Source: Trichlorobacter lovleyi SZ
GTDB taxonomy: Bacteria; Desulfobacterota; Desulfuromonadia; Geobacterales; Pseudopelobacteraceae
NCBI RefSeq assembly: GCF_000020385.1
Contig: NC_010814.1
Span: forward strand, 570,001-602,000
Direction: 5' to 3'
DNA: 32,000 nt
The notes beneath the pieces were generated by a model. It did no database searches. It was given only the letters and a program-made list of their open reading frames with translations, and was not told where the DNA came from. The position numbers were made by a program, and so were the translations under genes. Shown one piece after another: positions 15,489-25,923 of the stretch (position 1 is its first letter; the number at the start of each line of letters is the position of its first letter).

Positions 15489-18326
15489 ATGTTTTTCGAA
15501 CGTAGGCATCTGAGGACGGTGGCGGCGGTTCTTGCGCTTACCATGGCAAGCAGCCTGACCGGCTGCGGTACGACAGGCTCCAGCACGACACCTGCAACGG
15601 CAGTAAAGAACGTCATTCTGGTGATCGGCGACGGCATGCAGCTGGAACATGAACGGGCAGCCAACAATTACCTGTTCGGCAACTACACGGAAGGGCTTGC
15701 CTTCTGGAAGTTCCCCTACCAGGGGCAGGCATCCACCTGGGATGTCACCACCTACAACAGGTTTGCAACCGCTGCCGGCAAGAGTGTGTGGAGTGCATCC
15801 ACTTCAACCGCAGACGACAGCACAACCTTTGATGCGCTGCTGGGGTATGACCCTGCCAAAGGGGGCAAACAGCCCTGGCCGCTGGACAGCACCGGCGACA
15901 AGACCTACCTGCTGACCGGTGCCACCGACTCCGCCTCAGCCGGCACAGCCCTGGCCACCGGCTACAAGACCGATGACGGCAACGTGGCCTGGAAGACCGG
16001 CGACCCTGAAGACGGGCGCCTGCTGACCATTGCCGAGATGTACCGCTACCAGAAAAAGGCCGCCATCGGTGTGGTTTCCACCGTGCCGTTTACCCACGCC
16101 ACCCCGGCCACCTTTGTCAGCCACAACAAATCACGCAACAACTACAAAGATATCGGCTATGAGATCATCAACTCGGTCAAGCCGGAGGTGGTGATCGGCG
16201 GCGGCCATCCGAACTACACCACCAGCTACATGGATACCCGCGATTACAACATCCTCAAGGCCTCGACCGAGTATGTCCTGGCCGAGCGTCAGACCGGTGT
16301 GGACGGTAACAGCACCATTGCCGCCAAGGCAACCGAGGCAGTCGCCAACAGCAAGAAGCTGTTCGGCCTGTTCGGCAACAGCGGCGGCCAGTTTGATTAT
16401 CCGGTGCCGTCCAACACCCCCGGCACGCCAAGCGTGGTACGGGGTAATATTGAAAACCCCTCCCTGGCCGAGGCCTCCAAGGCCGCCCTCAAGGTGCTCG
16501 CCCAGAACAAGAACGGTTTCTTTCTGATGATTGAGCAGGGGGATATTGACTGGGCCAACCATGCCAACGACTTCAAGAGCATGGTCGGCGGTGTCTATGA
16601 CCTGAACGAGACCGTCAAGGCGATTGAGAGCTATGTTGATCAGCCGGGGGATGACATCGACTGGAACAATACCCTGGTGATCGTTACCTCGGACCACGGC
16701 AACAGCTATATGCGCCTGAACAGCGCCAAGCCGCTGCAAAAGGGTGCACTGCCGCAACAGGACGCCAACAGCACCTCAAACGGCAGCTATACCCCCTCCT
16801 ATGTCTATCCCAACGGCGAAGTAACCTATGGCACCGGCGGACACACCAACGAGCTGGTCCGGGTCTATGCCAAGGGGGGCAAGACCAGCCTGCTGAACAG
16901 TTTTGAAGGGATCTGGTACGCAGGCACCAAAATCATCGACAACACCCAGCTCTACAAGGTGATGATGTCTGCCCTGGGGCTGACCGACCAGAACAAGCAG
17001 AGTTCGCTGCTGGACAAGATCATCGCCATGCTGCCGGACAGCCTGCTCTCGATCCTCAACCCGAAACTGACCACTACCCAGCTGAACAACGCCATTACCA
17101 ACGGCGCCAGGACGGTCACCAAACCCGGTATCGGCTCTGCCCTGGTGCCTGATCCCAAGGCTGCCGGTTACTACTACATGATGACCGACCGTGGTATCAA
17201 CGGTGACTACTCCTATACCGATCCGGTCAGCGGTGTGACCACCGAAGGCAAATATTTCCCGCTGCCCGCCTTTACCCCCACCATTGTCCGGGTCAAGCTT
17301 GACGGCGCCACAATCATCATCGACAAGGTCATTCCGATCGTTGACAAGGACGGTAACTACGTGACCGGTATCCCCAACGACGCCAATGACGGCCTGGCCT
17401 ATGACAGTCCGACAGCGGCGGTGGGCAGTCCCCTGGCCTACAATGAAAACGGCCTGGATACGGAAGATATGCAGGTGCTGCCCAACGGCGATTTCCTGGT
17501 GGTTGATGAACACTCCCCCAGTATCGTGGTGGTGGAAGGAACCACCGGCAAGGTCAAGGTGCGCTACACCCCGGCAGGCAAGAAGCTGACCGGCGCCAAC
17601 TACACGGTCAAGGATATCCTGCCTGTGGTCATGCTGCAGCGCCGTGCCAACCGCGGTTTTGAAAACCTGGCGCTCTCCTCCGACGGCAAGACCGCCTATG
17701 CGGTCATGCAGAGTCCGATGGGCCAGAAGAGCGATCCGAACTACAGCACCGCCTACAAGAACAGCCGGGTGGTGCGGATTGCCAGGCTTGACGTGACTGA
17801 TCCGGTCAATGCAACCGTGACCGGCCATTATGTGGTCATGCAGAGTGCCGTTGCGGACTACGCCAAGAACAGCGCCGGTCTGACCGTCAGCAACAAGCAG
17901 ACCGACATGAAATATTCGGCCGCCTCCTGGCTGGCCAAAGACAAGATCCTGCTGCTGGAGCGTGCCAACGGTAAGGCCAAGGTCTTTGTGGTTGACCTGA
18001 ACTTTGCCACCAACATGCTGGGTAAATCCTATGAAAATACCCTGGGACCTGAAGATATTGCCACCGCAGGCCTGGGGCTGGGCGGGCTGGGGATCGTGCC
18101 GGCCTCGGTCTATGAGGCCTTCTCCACCGACGAACTGCCGGCCCTGACCCTGGATGCGGCAGATGCAACCGGTACGTCACCCAGCTATGAGGTCAAGTTT
18201 GAAGGAATGGCCCTGGTGGGTGATCAGCTTCTGCTGGCCAATGACAACGACTTCGGGATTGCCGATGTTACCCTGCCCACCAAGATCTGGAAGGTCAGCC
18301 TGAAGCGTGCCCTGGGCAGCTTCTGA
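15489..18326 (+). CDS. Lipoprotein: alkaline phosphatase (PhoA family) fused to a C-terminal phytase-like (esterase-like activity of phytase) beta-propeller domain
   Basis: The signal peptide has a lipobox (LALTMASSLTGC). The PhoA motifs are VILVIGDGM, the active-site TDSASAGTALATGYKT, and DWANHAND...TSDHGN. The C-terminal half has NRGFENLALSSDGKTAY and KFEGMALVGDQLLLANDNDFG, typical of the phytase-like family. Confidence 0.88.
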   Translation: MFFERRHLRTVAAVLALTMASSLTGCGTTGSSTTPATAVKNVILVIGDGMQLEHERAANNYLFGNYTEGLAFWKFPYQGQASTWDVTTYNRFATAAGKSVWSASTSTADDSTTFDALLGYDPAKGGKQPWPLDSTGDKTYLLTGATDSASAGTALATGYKTDDGNVAWKTGDPEDGRLLTIAEMYRYQKKAAIGVVSTVPFTHATPATFVSHNKSRNNYKDIGYEIINSVKPEVVIGGGHPNYTTSYMDTRDYNILKASTEYVLAERQTGVDGNSTIAAKATEAVANSKKLFGLFGNSGGQFDYPVPSNTPGTPSVVRGNIENPSLAEASKAALKVLAQNKNGFFLMIEQGDIDWANHANDFKSMVGGVYDLNETVKAIESYVDQPGDDIDWNNTLVIVTSDHGNSYMRLNSAKPLQKGALPQQDANSTSNGSYTPSYVYPNGEVTYGTGGHTNELVRVYAKGGKTSLLNSFEGIWYAGTKIIDNTQLYKVMMSALGLTDQNKQSSLLDKIIAMLPDSLLSILNPKLTTTQLNNAITNGARTVTKPGIGSALVPDPKAAGYYYMMTDRGINGDYSYTDPVSGVTTEGKYFPLPAFTPTIVRVKLDGATIIIDKVIPIVDKDGNYVTGIPNDANDGLAYDSPTAAVGSPLAYNENGLDTEDMQVLPNGDFLVVDEHSPSIVVVEGTTGKVKVRYTPAGKKLTGANYTVKDILPVVMLQRRANRGFENLALSSDGKTAYAVMQSPMGQKSDPNYSTAYKNSRVVRIARLDVTDPVNATVTGHYVVMQSAVADYAKNSAGLTVSNKQTDMKYSAASWLAKDKILLLERANGKAKVFVVDLNFATNMLGKSYENTLGPEDIATAGLGLGGLGIVPASVYEAFSTDELPALTLDAADATGTSPSYEVKFEGMALVGDQLLLANDNDFGIADVTLPTKIWKVSLKRALGSF

Positions 18327-18367
18327 TCCTTTCAGAGCCCTGTAAGGTTGCTGTTTGTAACCAACCT

Positions 18368-18400
18368 GGCACCGGACCGCAACGGTCCGGTGCCTTTTTT
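18368..18400 (+). terminator. Rho-independent terminator after the phosphatase gene
   Basis: GGCACCGGACCG-CAA-CGGTCCGGTGCC forms a perfect 12-bp stem followed by TTTTTT. Confidence 0.9.
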
Positions 18401-18446
18401 GTGGCATATTGGTGCTGTCGGGATCTTATACGAGAGGAGTTTATTC

Positions 18447-18875
18447 ATGAAAAAGGACAAGGTGTTGTTCGTCTGCATCCATAACAGCGCCCGCAGTCAG
18501 ATGGCGGAGGCATTTCTGAATCATCTGGCGGGTGATCGTTTTGAGGCGCGAAGCGCCGGGCTTGAGCCGGGTGTGCTGAATCCGCTGGTGGTTGAGGTGA
18601 TGCAGGAGCTGGGGATTGATATCTCGGCTCATCAGACCAAGGATGTCTTTGAGATGTTCAAACGGGGCGAGATGTACAGTTATGTGATCACGGTCTGCGA
18701 CGGGGCCAGTGCCGAGCGCTGCCCAATCTTTCCCGGGATTGTCAGCCGACTGCACTGGAGCTTCAGTGATCCGGCCGCCCTGCAGGGGACACGTCAGGAT
18801 GTACGTGCAGCAGTACGGGAGATCCGGGATGAGATCAGGACTGCAGTGGAGGGGTTTGTTGCCGAGTATGCGTAA
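18447..18875 (+). CDS. arsC: Arsenate reductase, LMW-PTP / thioredoxin-coupled type
   Basis: I moved the start to the ATG at 18447, with GAGGAG at 18433-18438. The P-loop is [15 protein letters not shown] (CX5R-S). The downstream Cys pair is [12 protein letters not shown], as in pI258-type ArsC. The protein is 142 aa. Confidence 0.85.
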   Translation: MKKDKVLFVCIHNSARSQMAEAFLNHLAGDRFEARSAGLEPGVLNPLVVEVMQELGIDISAHQTKDVFEMFKRGEMYSYVITVCDGASAERCPIFPGIVSRLHWSFSDPAALQGTRQDVRAAVREIRDEIRTAVEGFVAEYA

Positions 18876-18910
18876 AAAAATCCGCATCTCCCTTCAACAG
18901 GGAGGTGCGG
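18874..18910 (-). terminator. Hairpin terminator serving the minus-strand small ORF (possibly bidirectional)
   Basis: CCGCATCTCCC-TTCAACA-GGGAGGTGCGG (18882-18910) forms an 11-bp stem with one G-T pair. The A7 run at 18874-18880 becomes a U-tract on the minus-strand transcript. Confidence 0.6.
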
Positions 18911-18939
18911 TTAACAGGAGACGGGTGTTGTCGCAGCTG

Positions 18940-19146
18940 TCAGATCGGCGACACCTGCTCTTCAAGCTGGCTGCAGCCGGACAGGCAGAGCCTGCCGGTG
19001 TTGCCGTTGCTGGAGTAGATGCTTTTCAACTCAGCGCCACAGGCGTAATTGATGATCTCCATCTTGAATTTGGGCAGGACATTGTCAATGGTTTTCGAGA
19101 CCGCCCTGCTGCCGCACTCCAGGCAGAATTCCTTCAGATTTTTCAT
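18940..19146 (-). CDS. Hypothetical Cys-rich 68-aa protein (possible zinc-ribbon)
   Basis: GAGGTG lies about 7 nt upstream of the ATG, and a terminator follows downstream. The Cys pattern is CLEC...C...CLSGC. The ORF is the last gene on the minus-strand signalling operon. I recognise no family. Confidence 0.5.
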   Translation of the reverse strand: MKNLKEFCLECGSRAVSKTIDNVLPKFKMEIINYACGAELKSIYSSNGNTGRLCLSGCSQLEEQVSPI

Positions 19147-19222
19147 TGCCGGTCACCTCGTATCGTTGTTGAACAGATAAGGTGAGCCTAGCATGCTGAT
19201 GTGTCAGGATGGTTGTGGTCAG

Positions 19223-22096
<2,874 letters not shown>

Positions 22097-22164
22097 GGGT
22101 TTCCCTCACTGCGCGGTAGCCGTACAGATTCTTCTGTAGCATAGATTCACGATTATGCAAACGG

Positions 22165-24174
22165 TTAGGCCGTTTCCACCCGGTTGCGGCCGTTATGTTT
22201 GGCCTGGTAGAGCGCGGTATCGGCGCGTTCGATAAAGACCTCTGCCGGTTCTCCGCAGATGTGCCGGGTAACCCCGAAGCTGCAGGTGAGCCGCAGGCCG
22301 TTGCCGAAGTCATACTGCTCGATCATGTCCCGCAGGATCTCAGCCAGCACCGCAGCCTGGGCTGTGTCGTTTTTGGGGGTCAGGATCACAAACTCTTCGC
22401 CGCCCCAGCGGCTGAAGATGTCGTGGCTCCTGATCCTGCCGGAAATCAGTTCGGCAACCTTCTGCAGCACATGGTCCCCGGCGGCATGCCCCTGGGTGTC
22501 GTTGATCTGCTTGAAGTGATCGAGATCCAGCATGATCAGCGACAAGGGAGAGTTATAGCGGCAGGCACGGGCGGTCTCGGCCACCAGCAGACCGTCAAAC
22601 ATCCGGCGGTTGTAAATGCCGGTCAGAAAATCGATCCGGGCCTCGGTTGCCAGCAGTTCGTTGGCATGTTTCAATTCCTGCTGGGCCCGGCGGCTGTCGA
22701 TGATCTCCCAGGTCACGTCAGCCAGGTAGGCGACCTCTTCGGCATCTCTGGTGGTGTAATTATTGCCCTTGTTGCCCACCCCCAGCACCGCCACAATCCG
22801 TTCATCCCGGATCACCGGTACCACCAGCTCCCGGATGACCGGCGCATGGCCGGGGGGCAGTCCCTTTTTGTTGGGCAGAGCGGCATAGTCGTTGTGAATT
22901 GCCGGGGCGCGGGTCTGGACGCACTCGGCCCAGACACCGGCCTGGTCAACGCCGTAGTGCATGCCGTGTCCTTCAGCCTTGCAGAACTCCTGCAGGGTGC
23001 GGGTGGACCAGGCCTGCAGGGTCAGGGCCTGCTGGTCCGGGTCAACAAAGTGATAGAATCCCACCGGGCTGTCACTGATCCGGCAAACCTCATCCAGGGC
23101 GTACTGCAGCAGTTCATCAACAGTATGCATGGTGGCATATTCCAGCAGCTGGTAGCGGATCTGTACCATCGCCTCTGCCCGTTGGGCCTTCTGCTCAAAC
23201 AACGCCTGACGCCGGTGCAGCAGGGACAGAGCGGCTGAACTGCCGATGCAGGTCATTAGAAACAGCAGCCCCTGGAAGATCGCCTCATTCTTCCAGTTCT
23301 TCATGATTGCGTCCGGGTTGCGGCTGATGATCACCACCAGCGGTTTGTCCATCTGCAGTTCTTTTGGCTGCAGGGTCAAGAGGGCCACCTTGCGGTATTC
23401 GCCGGTGGCATAGGCGGTGTCGGTAAAGATATTTTCCGGTTGGCCGCTCTCTTTGTGGCGGGTAAACAGGGAACCGGGTACGGCCAGGTTTTTGCCGGCC
23501 TGCCCTTCACGGTACGGCATGGTCATGAAACGGATGCCATCACCGTGGTTGATGGTGTTCCACATATCCGGGGCATAGAGGGTTGACTGCAGGATCACCT
23601 CGAAGTAGTCGGGGTCGACCCCGGCGGTGACAATCCCGGCAAAACGGCCATCCGGTCCGGGTATCATTCTGGTAATGTCGAAAACATAGGCGTTCAGCAC
23701 CGATTTGAAGGGGGGCGAGATGTAGAGCGTATCGGGATTGGGGTGCTGCTGCGGCTCACTGAAATACTGCCGGCCGGCAACATTGCGTCCGATCAGTTCC
23801 GGGCGGTTGGCAGCCAGAATGTTTCCCTTGGTATCAGTAAAAAACAGGGTGCGTATACCGGGCATGGCATCGGCCAGCACACTCAGGCGCTTGTTGGCCT
23901 GGGCCAGGTTTTGGGAGCCCTGCAATCCGGGCAGATCGCTGATCACCCCTTTCAGGGCCCGGCTGGTTGCTTCAAGCTGACGCTGGATATTCTGACCGAT
24001 TACCCTGGCCTGGGTCATCAGCCGCTGGTTTTCCTGGCTGATGGTCCGATGGCGCATGGTGGCCAGGTTGTAGGCGATGATACTGCCGATCAGGGCCAGG
24101 GCGACGATCAGCGCAAGCCAGTGCTGGCCGGTTCGTTGGCTGAGCTGCCTATCCACGCTGCTGCCCGGCGTCAT
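22165..24174 (-). CDS. Diguanylate cyclase: TM-Cache-TM-GAF-GGDEF (active GGEEF, RxxD I-site)
   Basis: The Cache-like periplasmic region includes TDTKGNILAANRPELIGRNVAGRQYF. The GAF region includes VVPVIRDERIVAVLGVGNK. The A-site is RWGGEEF, and RSHD lies 5 residues upstream as the I-site. I chose the ATG at 24172-24174, which forms an ATGA overlap with the upstream stop. The track start at 24189 is a GTG. Confidence 0.9.
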   Translation of the reverse strand: MTPGSSVDRQLSQRTGQHWLALIVALALIGSIIAYNLATMRHRTISQENQRLMTQARVIGQNIQRQLEATSRALKGVISDLPGLQGSQNLAQANKRLSVLADAMPGIRTLFFTDTKGNILAANRPELIGRNVAGRQYFSEPQQHPNPDTLYISPPFKSVLNAYVFDITRMIPGPDGRFAGIVTAGVDPDYFEVILQSTLYAPDMWNTINHGDGIRFMTMPYREGQAGKNLAVPGSLFTRHKESGQPENIFTDTAYATGEYRKVALLTLQPKELQMDKPLVVIISRNPDAIMKNWKNEAIFQGLLFLMTCIGSSAALSLLHRRQALFEQKAQRAEAMVQIRYQLLEYATMHTVDELLQYALDEVCRISDSPVGFYHFVDPDQQALTLQAWSTRTLQEFCKAEGHGMHYGVDQAGVWAECVQTRAPAIHNDYAALPNKKGLPPGHAPVIRELVVPVIRDERIVAVLGVGNKGNNYTTRDAEEVAYLADVTWEIIDSRRAQQELKHANELLATEARIDFLTGIYNRRMFDGLLVAETARACRYNSPLSLIMLDLDHFKQINDTQGHAAGDHVLQKVAELISGRIRSHDIFSRWGGEEFVILTPKNDTAQAAVLAEILRDMIEQYDFGNGLRLTCSFGVTRHICGEPAEVFIERADTALYQAKHNGRNRVETA

Positions 24175-25640
24175 GCAAAACCGATGCACTGGTTAACGGT
24201 CCGCTGCGACTGGCTGCCCTGCAGCAACCCTTCGCACTCGATCACCAGTTGTTCCATGGTCTGATGCCGGTTGTTCAGTGCTACGCCGCCGACGCTGACG
24301 GTGCAGGCCAACTCCCCTTCAGCCGTCGTAATCCTGATCTGTGCCGCTTTCTCCCGGATCCGCTCGGCAACCAGCAGGGCGTCGGCAAGCGCGGATTCAG
24401 CCAGCAGAATGCCGAAGGAGTCCTTGCCGGTCCGGCCGATCAGGTCGGTGGTCCGTAGCGATGCGCGGCAGAGGGCCGCCAGTTGCTGCATGAACTGGTT
24501 GCCGGCCGGGTAGCCGAACTGATCGTTAATCTCCTTGAACTGATCGATATCCACGATCAGAAGGGTCATGGCACGGCCGTAGCGCTGTGCCGCCGTGATG
24601 TCGCGGTTCCCCAGTTCAAGCAGTATCTTGCGGTTGTAGAGGCCGGTGACCCGGTCGCTGACGGCATAGGCGTAGATCTCCTCCTCCAGCAGCTTCTGGC
24701 GGGAGATATCCTCGATCACCGCCACATAACGGGAGATGCCGTTGTGATGATTACGGATCGGTGCAATGAGGAGGTGCTGCCAGTAGTAGTCGCCGTTTTT
24801 CTTGCGGTTGTACAGCTCACCGCTCCAGGCATAGCCGCGGCTGATGGTGCTCCAGAGGTTCTGATACACCTCGGGCGGGGTCTGACCCGACTTGAGGATG
24901 CGGGGATTGGCGCCGATCAGTTCCTCGGCGGTATAGCCGGTCAGCTCTTCCACCCGTTCGCTGACATATTCAATCGTGCCCCGGGTATCGGTAACCAGAA
25001 TCAGGTTGGGTGACTGATTCATGGCGGCAAAGAAGCGGGCGACCTGGATCTCCTTGTGCATGCGGGGCGAGAGATCCTGGGCCAGGAACACCAGATAGGC
25101 GGTCTTCTCCTGTTTCACCAGGGTCATGTGGGCCTGGATCCAGCGTTCCCGTTTGTTGACGGTCAGCGTAATGTCACGGCAGACTTCCCGTCCCGTCTCA
25201 ATCGCCTCATCGGCCATGGCAAGCAGGCCTGAATCCTGCCACCAGTCCAGCTGCCGGAAATTACCGCTGCAGCAGTTCCAGCTGGCGCACCCTGTCAGGC
25301 GGGTCATGGCCGTATTCTTATGGATACATTCACCGCTGGTACGGAAGGTGGCAATGGCCACGCCGTTCATCTGGTTGATCGGGTGCAGGCTGAACGCCTC
25401 GTCGCCGCCGCCTGACTTGAGCTGGTTCAGCCTGAAGTTGTTCAGGAAACGGTAGCTCCTGTCGGCCTTGTCAAAGTAGATCGGATAGCCGGCGGCCTGG
25501 AGATGGTTCAGGTAGCGGTAGATGGTGCGCACCCCGACATGGAAATCCCCGGCCAGCAGCTCCGGCGTCAGCTTTTCCCCGGTATCCAGTCTTTTTAATA
25601 TGGCGGTCAGTGCATCGATCTTGTTGCTGTATTTGTACAT
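24171..25640 (-). CDS. HTH (YafY/DeoR-like HTH_11)-PAS-PAS-GGDEF protein with degenerate A-site (GKDSF) and intact I-site (RTTD)
   Basis: The N-terminal HTH is LTPELLAGDFHVGVRTIYRYLNHLQAAGYPI. The PAS segment is NLILVTDTRGTIEYVSERVEELTGY. The GGDEF domain reads LRTTDLIGRTGKDSFGILL, so GG(D/E)EF is replaced by GKDSF while RxxD is kept 5 residues upstream. Confidence 0.85.
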   Translation of the reverse strand: MYKYSNKIDALTAILKRLDTGEKLTPELLAGDFHVGVRTIYRYLNHLQAAGYPIYFDKADRSYRFLNNFRLNQLKSGGGDEAFSLHPINQMNGVAIATFRTSGECIHKNTAMTRLTGCASWNCCSGNFRQLDWWQDSGLLAMADEAIETGREVCRDITLTVNKRERWIQAHMTLVKQEKTAYLVFLAQDLSPRMHKEIQVARFFAAMNQSPNLILVTDTRGTIEYVSERVEELTGYTAEELIGANPRILKSGQTPPEVYQNLWSTISRGYAWSGELYNRKKNGDYYWQHLLIAPIRNHHNGISRYVAVIEDISRQKLLEEEIYAYAVSDRVTGLYNRKILLELGNRDITAAQRYGRAMTLLIVDIDQFKEINDQFGYPAGNQFMQQLAALCRASLRTTDLIGRTGKDSFGILLAESALADALLVAERIREKAAQIRITTAEGELACTVSVGGVALNNRHQTMEQLVIECEGLLQGSQSQRTVNQCIGFA

Positions 25641-25672
25641 AAAAAAGCTGGAGGTCCTTTGCGTGGGTGCAT

Positions 25673-25701
25673 TTGACAGGTCTGAAGCAAAACAGGATAT
25701 T
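25673..25701 (+). promoter_or_regulatory. Sigma70-like promoter candidate for the 25.9-32 kb operon
   Basis: TTGACA (25673-25678), a 17-bp spacer, then GATATT (25696-25701), all in the only AT-rich stretch of this part of the window. This placement implies a 5' leader of about 190-215 nt. Confidence 0.4.
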
Positions 25702-25760
25702 GTTGGTATTATTTGTCTTTTTGTTTCCCTTTAGTCTAGCGTGGAATATAGCAGGGGTGG

Positions 25761-25778
25761 GTGACAGATGTCTGTCAC
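25761..25778. promoter_or_regulatory. Perfect 8-2-8 palindrome (operator candidate) in the divergent intergenic region
   Basis: GTGACAGA-TG-TCTGTCAC. It lies about 120 bp upstream of the HTH-GGDEF gene start and about 145-160 bp upstream of the orphan-operon start. A minus-strand TATATT (25745-25750) sits 11 bp away. Confidence 0.4.
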
Positions 25779-25923
25779 TTTAAAAAGGCGTACAAAAAAA
25801 CATATCAATGTCCGTGAAGATACTCCTCCAAATGTAACCTGATTGTTACCGTGCCCCAGCAGTTCTGACATACAGAAGGCGTACGATCCACTCATGTCAT
25901 TCGTCAGGCTGCATGAGGTCACA

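Noticed and set aside
25834-25849. GTAAC-N6-GTTAC inverted repeat just upstream of the orphan gene
   Set aside because: The arms are only 5 bp, and the spacing differs from the known GTAAC-N4-GTTAC HcpR-type sites. An occurrence like this is expected by chance.
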